64,000 bases of DNA from assembly GCA_951406725.2 (NCBI GenBank), contig OX597819.1:90706001-90770000 (forward strand), written 5' to 3'. The notes beneath the pieces are model-generated. The model saw only the letters and a program-made list of their open reading frames with translations, did no database searches and was not told where the DNA came from. Source of the stretch: Octopus vulgaris (Eukaryota). Below, piece by piece: positions 50,420 to 64,000 of the stretch (its first letter is position 1; every line of letters begins with the position of its first letter). The position numbers and the translations under genes are program-made.

Positions 50420-51000
50420 ACTGATAAAGCACCAGCAATTTCCTTGTGTGTTGTTCCATGATGAATTTTATTGAGGTATGACATCATCAATACTGCAAAA
50501 AGATACCTCCCAATTCTTCAACAATCATCAAGAATGAACAAATTAATAACAGGTTCAAAAATATTTTATAGCCGATGTCAAGCACTGAACCTAAAAAAGC
50601 TTTTAACCAAAGCAAGATTTACAACTAGAGAAACAATAAAGAGAGTTAAAAAATGTGGTGACCCTCAATGTGGAACGTGTGATTACATTGAAGGAGAACA
50701 AATTACTTTCAAAGACAACTACACTTTTAAAATAAATGCAAATATGAATTGCAAGTCTGGAAGCCTAATCTGCCACCTGTCCTGAATGCAAAGAATACTA
50801 CATTGGTGATGCAGGCATTGGACCATATGAGAGAGTAAGGGTACATAAACAACAAATCTATGATCCCTCTATTAGAAACACAACATGCAGTGCGCACTTT
50901 GAAAAATATGGGAAAAGAGAATTCAAATATTCCCTTTCTTCAACATTTTCATAAGGAAGAATTCTTTATTCAAAAATACAACTGAAACTGAACAGAAAAT
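50420..51000 (+). mobile_element. Penelope-like GIY-YIG endonuclease fragment (second PLE type)
   Basis: NLKKLLTKARF..KKCGDPQCGTCDYI...INANMNCKS..LI / CPECKEYYIG...RVRVHKQQI: Cys-rich linker followed by the YIG motif. Confidence 0.8.
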
Positions 51001-51084
51001 AATACCAAATCAACTGGAACTACCAACCCAACCCAACAATCCACAGAAAGATACCAACCAAACACTGCCTAAATAATGAGAACT

Positions 51085-51253
51085 ACATATGAGTATATTC
51101 TCTTTTATGTACTATATATATGTACGTGTGCAAGTGTGTGTATATATATGTATGTGTATACATATGTATGTGTGTATATATATGTATATGTGTATATACA
51201 GATATATGTATATACACATATATACATGTGTTTGTATGTGTGTATATAAGTGA

Positions 51254-51291
<38 letters not shown>

Positions 51292-51800
51292 ATATACATA
51301 TATCTGTATATACATATATACATATATATGTGTGTATGTGTGTGTGTGTGTGCACATGTGTGTTTGTATATGTGTGTGTGGTTGTATGTATGCATATGTG
51401 CATGCGTTTGTGTATTTATAGGTGTATATATGGGTATGTATACATACATGCATCTACATGTACATATGAGTAGGTTAGTACAGTTATGTTGGTATGCATG
51501 CATGTATGTGTGCGTATGTGTATATTTATGTATGTATGTGCTTATGTATGTATGTGTGTGTATGTATGTGTATGTATATGTATGTTTATGTATATATATG
51601 TATATATATATATATGTATGTGTGTATGTATGTATGTATGTATGTATATGTGTGTGTGTACGAGTGCATGTATATGTGTGTGTGAGTGGGTATGTGCATG
51701 GGAGATGAATCTGCATATATATGTATGCATATGTATATATATATGTGCATGTGTGTACATGCGCATGTGTATATGTACGTATATGTGTGTGTGTGTGTAT
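51085..51800. repeat. Complex (TG/TA/TATG) low-complexity microsatellite
   Basis: Directly visible; source of spurious YVCM/HTYI ORFs. Confidence 0.95.
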
Positions 51801-51801
51801 A

Positions 51802-52075
51802 CAGGGTGTCCAAAATGTCACTGATGGGTTTCAACTTTTTATAACTTACTTAACTTTACAAATAAATGCATGAAATTTAGATATAATATAAAGGACATAA
51901 TGGAAATTATTATACACAAGTCAAATTTTGCAACACAACTATATCACATATGAAAAATAACATTGCTTAAATGGCAGCCATTTTCAGCTTCGTACACTGC
52001 ACTCTTTCCAAAACTTGTATCATAACACCTTCAAGAGTTTCAGACCCCACTTCTCTGATTTCTTTATTGATGCTC
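51802..52075 (-). mobile_element. 3' end of a Tc1/mariner-superfamily element
   Basis: TA|cagggtgtccaaaa TIR; the minus strand encodes ...AENGCHLSNVIFHM*, a typical transposase C-terminus. Confidence 0.6.
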
Positions 52076-52077
52076 TT

Positions 52078-53658
52078 TTAGGAGTTTGGAAACTGTGCAG
52101 TGGGCTGTCGCTTTGGGGTTGATGAATATGTTGTCCGACAATGACACTCCAATAAGGCCACAATCGAGTTGATGCCCAGGAAGAAGGCAATGAGGGGCAA
52201 GATGGTGTAGTGGTCAGAATTGGAGGAGAAGCTTCTCAGATGGGTGAAGGAGAAGAGGACGGTGAGACTCATGGCATTGACACTCACACTTCAAATCGAG
52301 GCCAAGAAGATCGGCATCAAAGATTTCTGTTCCAGCACATCATGGGCTTTCTGGTTTATGTGCAGGCATGATCTGTCCATCAAGCATTGCACAGCAGCAG
52401 CCAGAAGATCCCAATGAGAAGATTGAGAGGTTCTAGCAGTTTATCATCAACCTGCTTAAACAGCATCAGTACCCTCTGAGCTGCATCAGCAATGCAAACC
52501 AGACTCTCCTCATGTTCGATCTTCCGATAGCGAGAACTGTTGCTGAGAAGTGGGAGAAGACAGTGGAAATCATCGCGACGGGTCATGAGCAGGACTGTTT
52601 TATGGTGTGGCTGGCTTGCATGGCTGATGGAGGAAAGCTGTCACCGCACACTATCTTCAAGAGAAAGATGCTACCTAAAGACTAAGTTTCTGGAAGCGTC
52701 ATCATTCGAGCCCAAGTGAAAGGTTGGATGGACCAGGCACTCAGCAAGGCTTGGCTTTGGGTAGTGTGGGGGTGGCGCATCAGTGGACTGCATCAGAGAA
52801 AGAGTCTCCTGATTATGGACACATTTGAGATGCCGCAAGTCAGAAGAAACCAAGGTGAAGATACGTTCTCTGAACATCGATGTGGAAATGATCCCCGGGG
52901 GAATGACATCCCTTCTTCAACCCTTTGATGTTGCAATCAACAAACCATTTAAGAACTGTCTCAAGCACCGGTGTGAGGATTGGATGGCCAATGCACCGAA
53001 GGAGATGACAAAGACCTGGTGCACAAAGAAAGTCAACTTGGGGGATGATCTGCGAGTGGATCCTGAAAGTCTGGGAGGAGATTCCAGAAGATATCATCAA
53101 GTGGGCTTTTCTGAAGTGCTGCATATCCAATGCACTTGACAGCATAGAAGATGACATCTTGTAGGAAGATGACACCATCTCTCCTAACTCTCCTGACTCC
53201 ACCAATGACAAGGATGAACTGGCATATGCAAACGATCAACTCTACGAGGTCTTCAACGGGTGGTCTGACAACAAAGAATTCTTAAGCTTTGAGTGAAGTC
53301 TACCATTAGGGTCAGTCCCTTTTTGGACCACACATTTTCAAGATAGAATATAAAGACCACAATATGAATAAATCATATAAACACATATAATGAAAAGACG
53401 TTCTCTTAGTATTACTTGCATTTAAAACCTGGACTTTATCTTCTTCCATTAATAATTGTGAATATCAATGATTGAAGTTGGAAATGTTTGTTAAGTATGA
53501 AATCACCATGAAATTGAAGTTTATATTCATCCTGCATTTCTCTCTTTTCATTAGCCCCAGTTATTTCCCAGTTTTCTCCATGTTTTTTCCCCCATCGAGG
53601 ACTGATAATTGGGGGTGTGGTTTATACAGGGGTTCGGCTTATACACTTGCAAATATGG
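52078..53658 (+). mobile_element. Degenerate pogo-family (POGK-like) transposon
   Basis: EFGNCAVGCRFGVDE (N-terminal DBD), WSELEEKLLRWV..FMCRHDLSIK (CENP-B HTH), MFDLP..TGHE..LACMADGGKL, LLIMDTF, IPGGMTSLLQPFDVAINKPFK (DDE_1). Right TIR ...ggcttatacacttgcaaatatgg|ta. Confidence 0.88.
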
Positions 53659-53692
<34 letters not shown>

Positions 53693-55056
53693 GGTATATA
53701 TATGCCTACATGAGTTTGTGTTTGTGTTAATGTTTGAAACTATAAAAGCTTTTCCTGTTTTATATGCGTGTAGAAAAACATATATTTACTATAAGAAAAC
53801 CATACAGAAATATATTACAAGTTCGCCTCTTAAACAGCATCCAATAAGACAAACGACAAGACTATAGTGAGAAATTATCTACATTCTCTTTCAATAATCT
53901 ATATGTAAATAAAATGAAAACAATTATTGTTCTCTTGTTTCAGTCATTGAACTGTGGCCATACTGGATCACTACCTTGAAGAGTTTTAGTCCTACAAATT
54001 GACACTAGTATTTAGTTTTTAAAGTCTGGTACTTATTCTATCAGTGTCTTTTGTTGAGCTACTAAGTGATGGGGATGGAAACAAACCAATTCTGGTTGTC
54101 AAGCAGCATGAGGACTGACACAAGTACAAACACACACACATGTACAACCCCCACGCACTTACACGCCCCCTTCGCCAGATATAGATACAACAGGTTTCTT
54201 TTCAGTTTCTGTCTACCAAATCCACACACAGGCTTTGGTTGGCCCAAGGCTATAGTAGAAGACACTTGCTCAAGGTGCCATGCAGTGAGATTGAACTTGA
54301 AACCGTGTGGTTTGTGAGTAACACTTCTTACCATACAACCAAAGAAGCTGTCATAAATTATCTTACACTCAAATCAAAATTTTGTGCAATTTTTTCATTC
54401 CCAATTTTGAAATTTATTTTGAAAATAATTTTGTGGCTGAACTATACTGTTTGCTTTTTCAAAGATATTAAAAATAAAGAGTAATAGGGAGAAACAAATA
54501 ATTCAAGAAACGATAAAAGTAAGGATAAAGAATTTTTTTCATAGAGTAGTAATTTTCCACATTGAAAACATGAATCTGAAGAAGCTATAAAAAAAAATAT
54601 AAAAAAACACTAAAGTTACTGCCTGTTATGTGGTAAGCTTAAATAATAATTCTGTCCCAATTATACTAATAAACATAGAAATTCCTGGAAAAAGCAAGCA
54701 GTCATACTCTTTATAGTTTACTAGGAATTCCAGCAAGTGTGACTTGACTGTCATTGTTTGAAGAATTTAAAAACAATTTTTAAGTATTTTGACATTATTT
54801 TTCCATATGTATGCTAGTTTGTTAATGTCTGTTAGTCTTTTACTGGTTTCAGTCATTTGACTATGGCCATGCTGGACTACTGCCTTTAGTCGAACAAATC
54901 AACCCCACGACTTATTCTTTGTAAGCCTAGTACTTATTCTATTGGTCTATTTTGCCGAACTGCTTAGTTGCAGGGACATAAACACACCAACATCGGTTGT
55001 CAAGCGATGGTGGGGGGACAAACACAGACACACACGCAGATATATATATATATATT

Positions 55057-55088
<32 letters not shown>

Positions 55089-55118
55089 TATGTATATGTA
55101 CATACATACATACATACA

Positions 55119-55195
<77 letters not shown>

Positions 55196-55341
55196 GTTTT
55201 ATATATTATTTTGTACATTACTTAATCATTGGTATATGTTTTTATCTTATATTAAATTTTTTTCTAAAGGATGTAATTTTTTTCTATATGGTAAAATTTA
55301 GTTTTTTCATGGTTGAATTGATAAAAGGTGGTTTTCTTCTG

Positions 55342-55375
<34 letters not shown>

Positions 55376-55903
55376 GACGGGCTTCTTTCCGTTTCCATCC
55401 ACCAAATCCACTCATAAGGCTTAGGTTAGCCCAAGGCTATACAGAAAACACTTGCCTAAGAATCCACACAGTGTATATTAGTATTTTATCTGTTGGCCCT
55501 TTTCTACATGTATGATGGCTTACCTTCAAAATAAGAGAATATACAGGGACTCTTTTGCATACATATATGTCTCTGAGCATGCATATGTGTTTATATGGGC
55601 ATGTGAATATGTAAATGGATATGCATATATATGTGTATGCATATATATGTGCATGCATGTAGTGGCTAGCGATCTATTATGGCGAATGCCCTGTGTGTGT
55701 GTACATGCATATGTGTGTGTGTGTGCATGCATATATGGATATATTTATCTACATGTGTATATGTTTGGATATGTGTGCATATGTGCATGTGAGCAAGCAC
55801 ACACATACACAAACATACGTCTTCCTGTTGGTATCACAAAACTAATATATATATATATTTTCCTGTTTGCATTAAAAAAACTTAGATGGACATTAAATGA
55901 TGA

Positions 55904-55937
<34 letters not shown>

Positions 55938-55939
<2 letters not shown>

Positions 55940-56533
55940 CAATAATAATTCTCTAAATGAGATATAGACAGTAACTGCTCCATAACATAAGGGACTAAAG
56001 CCATCTGAATATGGCTAGGGATAGGGCAGGGTGGTGGGGGTGTTACTGTTGCATTTAGCCCCAGGCGAACATCAACGTCGCCAGATAGGCTTGACACCAT
56101 CACAGCGTCCTCTATCCTGCAAAGGGAGATAATTCCCCGATGAAGCGGAAACCACACACGGACCTAGGTTTCAAGGTGTTTGCCTATTATCAACGTATGG
56201 TAGGCACCGCTTCCTCGACGAACAACTCACTCTGCAGGATATTTATATATAGATTTTCAAGCAAAATACATTTGCTGATTTCGAAAATCTGTTCGACAGC
56301 AATAATAATTCTCTAAATGAGATATAGACAGTAACTGCTCCATAACATAAGGGACTAAAGCCATCTGAATATGGCTAGGGACAGGGCAGGGTGGTGGGGG
56401 TGTTACTGTTGCATTTAGCCCCAGGCGAACATCAACGTCGCCAGATAGGCTTGACACCTAAATGCAACAGTAACACCCCCACCACCCTGCCCTGTCCCTA
56501 GCTATATTCAGATGGCTTTAGTCCCTTATGTTA
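55938..56533 (-). mobile_element. Non-coding hammerhead-bearing retroelement (retrozyme/PLE-like): 360-bp unit, partial tandem copy and inverted 75-bp segment
   Basis: 55938-56098 repeats at 56298-56458 (period 360). 56458-56533 is the reverse complement of ~56342-56418. Flanked by TA microsatellite. Hammerhead at 56152-56200. Confidence 0.8.
56152..56200 (-). ncRNA. Type I hammerhead ribozyme, U3-A8 core variant (second family)
   Basis: Minus strand: CATACG-TTGATAA-t AGG caaaca CCT t-GAA-ACC ta GGT-C-CGTGTG; palindromic stem III ACCTAGGT and GUC triplet. Confidence 0.7.
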
Positions 56534-56624
56534 TATATATATATGTCTTTCAATGTATATATATAAATATGTCTTTTTTTTATATTTATCAACCTTATTT
56601 TATTGTATTTTAATTTATTTCTAT

Positions 56625-58150
56625 ATACACGCACACATACACACACACACATACATATACACACACAAGAAAAATACATGCAACTGCACACACACATGAA
56701 CGCACATATACTTCCCACACACACCACACACATACACACAACACACATACATTCAGATACACACACATACATCCACACACACATACACATTGCATACACA
56801 TGCACACATACATGCATGTACACAGTAATGCACATATACCTCCACATAACACAACCCCACACACACATTCACATATACACATGCTCATACATACACACAT
56901 GCACACACATACATATATACACACATGCACATACACACATGCACACACATCAATGCACATATACCTCACATATACCTCCCACACAAATGCACACATACAA
57001 CACACATATATGAACGTACACACATACACACACACAGGAATGCCCACATATCTAACACACACGACTCCATGCCCACACAGATATACACACCTATATACAC
57101 ATGCACACACATGCACATATACATGCACACATGTACACACAACTACTCACACATACACACACATACACATGCACACATGCACACATATGCATACATGCAA
57201 TAAAATGCACATATACCTCTACACACAACTCCATGTTCACACACAACTCCATGTTCACACACACATTTGCACACATGCACATAAACACACATGCACACAC
57301 ACACATACATAAACACACACATGTATGCACACATACCTCCCACACACACAACACACACTCATACATACATGCACACAATTACACATACATGGGCATATAC
57401 ACACATGCACATACATGCACATATATGTATGCAAACACATGCATGCACACACACACACACAGGAAAGCACATATACTTGCACAAACAACCCCATGTGCAC
57501 ACACATAAACACATGCACATACACACATGCATACACATACACGTACACACACACAACATATATATACATGTGCACACATACACACATGCACATGCACACA
57601 CATGCACATACACAGATGTGCACACACAGGTGCACACATTCACAGGAATGCATAGATACCTAAGACACAACCCCATGCACACACATATACACATCTACAT
57701 ACACACACATGCACATATACATATGCACACACATGCACACATACACGCACATATGCCCACACAACTACATGAGCATACATTCATAAAAATGCACATATAT
57801 CTCCACACACAACCCCTGGTTCACACATACACACATACACATGCACACACCCATATACACACGCACACCCATATACATACCCATATACACACATGTACAC
57901 ACACACATGTACACACACACATGTACACACATACATGTACACACACACATGTACACACACACATGCACTCACATGCATGCACACATGCACACACACATAT
58001 ATATACACACACACATATGAACTCACACATACCTCCCACACACACTCATACATACACACACACATATACATACACATGCACATACATACACAAACTGCCA
58101 GTTAAACACCTTTCTACTAACCATTCCCCTATGCACATGTGAAGAGACAC
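56625..58150. repeat. Long cryptic (CA/TA/CATG) low-complexity tract
   Basis: Directly visible; produces the His/Thr-rich and Cys/Val-rich pseudo-ORFs. Confidence 0.95.
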
Positions 58151-58419
58151 ACAACTACACAAATGACTGCCACTCCTGCTACTAAATTCTTCCTACAACA
58201 TTAAGCGACATAGAGTTCACTCATACATACACATATAAACAGCTAAAACTGCACACACACACACAATGCATACACAGACATATCTCCTTCTCTTACACTC
58301 TCCTGTCTTAGAGAGAACTTTTTCTTCACTTATTCCCTTCCGGTCATTTCAAAATGTAACCACATGTGAATCATTGGCGATTTTCTTCCTCCGTCTTCCC
58401 TTCTATTGGACGTTCCTCT

Positions 58420-58455
58420 GTTTTCGAAGAAGAGCATCTGCTCGAAACATTAAAC
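58420..58455 (+). ncRNA. Minimal hammerhead-like motif, same family as 10294-10328 (decayed)
   Basis: GTTT-tCGAAGAA-GAGC atct GCTC-GAAA-ca-TT-AAAC. Downstream sequence (tttcc...ctgagc.tc..taatac) also matches the 10.2 kb copy. Confidence 0.5.
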
Positions 58456-58548
58456 CATCTTTCTTTCCTTTGCTGAGCATCTGCTAATACATTACACATA
58501 CCATGTCCTCGCATTGTTATGTTTTTTGTGTTTGTTCTGTTTTGGATT

Positions 58549-58686
<138 letters not shown>

Positions 58687-59149
58687 GTATGTATTTATAT
58701 ATGTATATATTTATGCATGTGTCTTTGTGTTTGTGTTTGTCCCCCCCATTGCTTGACAACTGATGTCAGTGTGTTTATGTCCCCATATCTTAGCAGTTCA
58801 ACAAAAGAGACTAATAGAATAAATACTAGGCTTACAAAAAATAAATCCTGCGGTCGATTTCTTCCACTAAAATCCTTTAAGGTAGTGCTCCAGCATGGCC
58901 ACAGTCAAATGATCGAAACAAGCAAAAGAATAAAAGAATAAATGTCATAAACTCCGTACAAACGAAGACATGAAATAGAGCTGCTTTGCAAGCAATGTTC
59001 CAAATTAATACTTTAAGTAATTCTTTTAATTAATGATTTTAAAAATAACATGTGAATATGTGGGTGTTCATTTTTCATGCACCTATGCAGATGCATAGCT
59101 ATTCATATACCCTCACTCATACTCACATACATATATACACAGAATTATA

Positions 59150-59800
59150 TATTCATGGAGGACATGTGAAGACTAGAGAGGAATAAAGCTGGTATGTTCT
59201 GCAGGCATGTGCAATGTCAGTGTATATGTGCAACAGAGCACTAGTGTATAGAGTGAAATATTGGGCATAAGAGGAATTAGATGCAGTGTGCAAGAGAGAA
59301 AACTACACTGTTTGGTCATGTGATGCAGTGGGATGAGGACAGTTGTATTATGAAGTGTTGATCACTGAAACTGGATGGAAGTTGTGAAGTGAGAAACCCA
59401 GGAAGACATGGGACAAAGTATTGAAGAGTGATCTCAAAACACCGAGACTTATAAAGGATATGACAAAGGACTGAGATATATAGTGCATGGCTGTAATCAA
59501 GAAGACCCACCTACAACAGTATTGATATCCTAAAACTTCAGTACCTTGTAAAAAGTGTTGATGCAACATAAAAAGTGCTGGTGCCATGTAAAAAGCACTG
59601 GTGATGGTGCCATGTACAAAACACTAAAATTCTGTAAAATGGTTGGTGTTAGAAAGGGCATCCATCAGTTGAAACGAAGCCTTAACAGACCATGAAACTT
59701 GGTGTGGTCTCCTGGCTTTGCCAGCTCCTGTCAAGCCATGCAACCCATGTCAGTATGGAAAACAGACATTAAAATGATAATGATGATAATGATGATGATA
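59150..59800 (+). mobile_element. Degenerate RTE LINE 3' end with (GAT)n tail
   Basis: LGIRGIRCSVQERKLHCFGHVM...GSCE..KPRKTWDKVLKSDL, the RTE ORF2 C-terminus, followed by the family 3' tail. Confidence 0.75.
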
Positions 59801-60857
59801 ATATATACACATATGCATATATGGACACAAGCTGACATATGTTAAAACATATCCTGAACCAGAACGAAATTCAAGGCAGGTTGTATTTGCATAAAAGATA
59901 CTTAGGCATGTGCATACAATGCATGAACAGTTCAGTTCTTTTATTCAAGCTATTTCTGCTTTCAATCAAAATAGGTTTGAATCTTAAACACATCCACCCA
60001 TGAAACACCCTTTTTGCTTCCTTACTTAAAATATCAACTTTTTATTCCTTTATTCCTGTATATGCTCACATAGTCTCATCTGGCCATTGCCTAATAAAAG
60101 CATCATCCTTCACTTTGACTTATCATACAACAAACTTTTGCAATCTCAAATACTGGTGCTTCAAGGCAGTTAATTAGCTGGAACTCCACCAATTCTGTGA
60201 TGCTGACTATTGTTAGCAGCAAATTTGTTTCATTACTGATGCTTTCAGCACAGCTAAGCAAATATGTGAAATCAACCTTGCAGCAATAATGTTATTTCAC
60301 ATCTCTTATACAATCAAAGGTGTAAATCTAAAAGCCTCCAAGTGGTTTGTGCCAAGCTGCTGCTAGTACTGTCACTGTGGCAATTTAGAAAATTTTAAAT
60401 TTATGATCTTGTTTAAAGTCATAGTTATCTGCCCTACTTACTTTGTCATTGGTTGTTTAATTATCTAATGTTTTTGTACCTGCCTTTGATATCACTGATA
60501 ATCTGATAATCTGATAATTGTTCAACAACTGAACGCCTGTGCTTATGCAGTTACTTGTTCTGCAAGAAATGGCCTACAAACCCTGTTGTCTAAAATAAAA
60601 GAATTGACATTGAACGGTGTAATTTTGGGTATATAAAAAGACAAGATGATCATTCTTGATCATAAGTCTGCTTTTTCAAGGCTGAACTGATGCTTGGTGA
60701 TGATGAAGATGACACCACCGCCGCCGACGACAACGACAACAACAACTTGCTAGCCAATATTTTTTTACATTGTTTGGTGTTAATTCCAATATATATGTTA
60801 TTATTGCCACTAATGGTCTGACTGGGCTTTGCATTGTCAATTTAATAAATCTTGCAA

Positions 60858-61800
60858 GGCAGCGTGCTGGCAGAAACGTTAGCACGCCTGGCAAAATGCT
60901 TAGCGGTATTTTGCCTGCCGCTATGTTCTGAGTTCAAATTCCGCCGAGGTCGACTTTGCTTTTCATTCTTTCGGGGTTGATTAAATAAGTACCAGTTATG
61001 CACTGGGGATCGATATAATTGACTTAATCCGTTTGTCTGTCCTTGTTTGTCCCCTCTGTGTGTAGCCCCTTGTGGACAGTAAAGAAATAAATGTTAGTAT
61101 GCCAGGTGAAATGCTTAGCAGTATTTCATCTGTCTTTATGTTCTGAGTTTAAATTCCACCGAGGTCGACTTTGCCTTTCATTCATTTGGAGTTGATAAAT
61201 TAAGTACCAGTTGCATACTGGGGTCAATCTAATTGACTGTCCCCCTCCCCACAAAATTTCAGGCCTTGTGCCCAGAGAAGAAAAGAATATAATAAATCTT
61301 GTTAAGAGTGGTTGATAGCAGAATTCCTAGCGTGGTGGTCAAAATATCTTCAGGTATATTTAGTAATATCCTTTTATGTTCTGAGTTCAAGTCACACTGA
61401 GGCAAACATTATCTTTCATCTTTCCAAAAGTGATAAAATAAGTACCAGTCAAACACTGGGACCCATATTATAGACTGTTCTCTCTCTTAAATTTCTGAGT
61501 ACCAGTCAAGTACTAGGGATGATAAAATCAACAGTTCTTTCTCTCCAAATTTTTGACTTTGTGCCTATTTTAGAAATTAATATTATAGAACTTGTTAAAG
61601 GTGGTTGATGGCAGAATTGGTAGAGTGATGTGTCATATGTCATTTATTTATACACATTTACATTCTGAGTTCAGATCTTATCACGGGTTAACTGTAATTT
61701 AATCACTCATTGAGTGGAGAGAGGGAAGGTGAAAAGAACTAGTTGGGCTGGATTGATTGTGTCCGTCCCCCCCAAATTTGTGTTCTTGTGTCAATGCTAG
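60858..61800 (+). mobile_element. Head-to-tail cluster of four SINEs of one family
   Basis: ttctgagtt(c/t)a motif at ~60926, 61141, 61379 and 61663, each within a recognisable family body of decreasing similarity. Confidence 0.75.
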
Positions 61801-62349
61801 ATATTTGCATATGTGTGTTAGAATTTGTGCATGGTTGGCATTTTATTTATATTTTAGTGTAACATAGGTGCAGGTATGGATGTGTGGTAAGAAGTTCACT
61901 TTTTGACCACATGGTTCTGGGTTTGATTCTATTGTGTGACACATTGGGCAGGTGTTTTCTACTATAGTCCCAGGCCAACCAAAACCTTGTGAGTGGATTT
62001 GATAGATAGTAACTGAAGGGAGCTCATTTATTATTATTTGTGTGTGTGTGTATGCATTACTGTCTCCTTGCCTCAACATCATGTGATAGTTGGAAATGAG
62101 TGTCCCCATCACAGTAGTGGTGTCCTTTATTCCCAATCTTCTGTCTGTGAAAACATGTCTGGTTTTGGAGAAATATTATTTTATTTGAAAACAGGTGAAG
62201 GTTGGTGACAGGAAGGACATCTGGCCATAGAAAATCTGCCTCAACAAAATTTCATCTGACTCATACAAGCATGGAAAATACGAACATTAAAACGATGATA
62301 ATGACAATGTTGATGATGATGATGATAATGTACCTTTATATTAATTTAG

Positions 62350-62565
62350 CCCTTTCATTACTGTATTTATTTTGAGATACTCTGTGTTTCTTTGAATTAA
62401 TTTTAAATATAACAAAGAATTTAATAAAATAACTTAGTTATAATTAAGCTAGGGTTAGGAACATAAATTGTGACTAAGGTGTGGTGGAAGATTTTAATTC
62501 AGAACTTATGAAAACAAGACATTTGTACTACAGAGCCAATTTCAGCCGGGTTGGTATCAAAAGAG
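62350..62565. mobile_element. piggyBac-type MITE, second copy
   Basis: Reverse-complement homologue of 30341-30561, with ttag / ttaa flanks. Confidence 0.8.
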
Positions 62566-62903
62566 TTAATAAATCACTTTCTTCCTTCATTATATAGGTT
62601 TCATTTTTCTCGTCCTATTTCTTGCCAATAATGCCTGGTTCTTCTATTATTTCTGTTACAAGAAACCTCTATATTAAATCTGCTATCAATAGCAGGCAAA
62701 TCTTCTTTAAATCACAGTCTTCCCTCTTTAGAAAAGGAAGGTTACGCTGGATAAAACATCTTTATATATGAAAAATATAATTATCACAGTTGATATGCTA
62801 GTAACTATATATCTATTTGTTCACTATATATCTATTATTAACTATATATGTATTTGTTCAAATTAAAAAAGTTATTTTGCATGAAATGTTTTGCATATAT
62901 AGA

Positions 62904-62953
<50 letters not shown>

Positions 62954-63230
62954 TGTGTGTGTGTGTGTGTGTGTGCGCATGCCCTCACGTGTATGCGTGT
63001 TCTTTTATTCTTTTACTTGTTTCAGTCATTTGAAAATGGCTATACTGGAGCACCACCTTGAAAGGTTCTAGTTGAACAAGTTGACCCCAGGACTTTTTTT
63101 TTAAGCCTAGTACCTATTCTATCAGTCTCTTTTGCTGGACTGTTAAGTTACGGGGACATAAACACACCAACACTGATTGTTAAGTGGTGATGGAGAACAA
63201 ACACAAGCATAGTCATACATACATAGTTAT

Positions 63231-63290
<60 letters not shown>

Positions 63291-63293
63291 TTA

Positions 63294-63340
<47 letters not shown>

Positions 63341-63720
63341 GAAGTGCATAGGTTTGAAACTTAAAAGACTTTCTCATTTCCGGAGTGTTAAACTAATACT
63401 TCTGTTTGTTGTTTACACACCCATCTTTGGTCTTTTGTTTTTTTGTAAATTCTCACTATATATATACAAAAATCTGCTTTCAGTTTACATCTACCAAATC
63501 CACTCACAAAGCTTTGGTCGGCCAGAGGCTATAGTAGAGGACACTTACCTAAGATGCCTATTCTTATCACACACTGTGATGCTTGCGCCTATGTGTGTGT
63601 GTGCGTATGTGTGTGTGTATATAAATACACACACATACACATTAAACAACTAAAAAAATATTAGATTAAAATTATCATCTGTGTATCATGTTTCTGTCCA
63701 TCACTACATATATATATATG

Positions 63721-64000
63721 TTGGATCAGGTGATGTTGGATCAGGTGATGAAGGTTACGGAGAGGGTCATAGCCCAACTAATTAGAGAGAGAGTTAGTTT
63801 AGATGAGATGCAGTTTGGGTTTGTGCCAGGGAAAAGTACTACTGATGCTATATTCCTGGTAAGGCAGCTGCAGGAGAAATACCTAGCCAAAGATAAGCCC
63901 CTGTACCTGGCTTTTGTTGACATGGAGAAAGCCTTCGACAGGGTCCCCCGATCCCTTATCTGGTGGGCAATGAGGAAACTAGGGATAGATGAATGGTTAG
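63721..64000 (+). mobile_element. Young 5'-truncated RTE LINE reverse transcriptase (runs off the window)
   Basis: Uninterrupted frame LDQVMKVTERVIAQLIRERVSLDEMQFGFVPGKSTTDAIFLVRQLQEKYLAKDKPLYLAFVDMEKAFDRVPRSLIWWAMRKLGIDEWL (QFGF and FVDxEKAFD RT motifs). Confidence 0.93.

Overview
Eukaryotic, AT-rich, repeat-dense animal DNA. The SINE families, (TA)n/(TACA)n/(CA)n microsatellites and RTE/Penelope content suggest an Octopus (cephalopod) genome; this is an inference. One host gene is supported: the first four coding exons of an inositol-pentakisphosphate 2-kinase (IPPK/IPK1) on the minus strand (23153 to 9050), continuing beyond the left edge. The rest is intronic or intergenic and filled with nested mobile elements: a CR1 LINE inside a mariner, RTE LINEs, a Gypsy LTR element inside a Buster/Charlie hAT, a second hAT, a pogo transposase, several MITEs, at least four SINE families, and several Penelope-like element (PLE) fragments. 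The most interesting signal is RNA-structural. Two divergent PLE-associated families (31.4-33.4 kb, forming a ~1.95 kb palindrome; 55.9-56.5 kb, a 360-bp non-coding tandem unit) share a conserved cassette: TTTCGAAATCAG motif, TATA, a type I hammerhead ribozyme with a compensatory U3-A8 core variant inside a long hairpin, a covarying two-hairpin motif, and a hairpin over ATGGCT. Three further hammerhead(-like) families are also present. All structures were read by eye; none were computed or searched.
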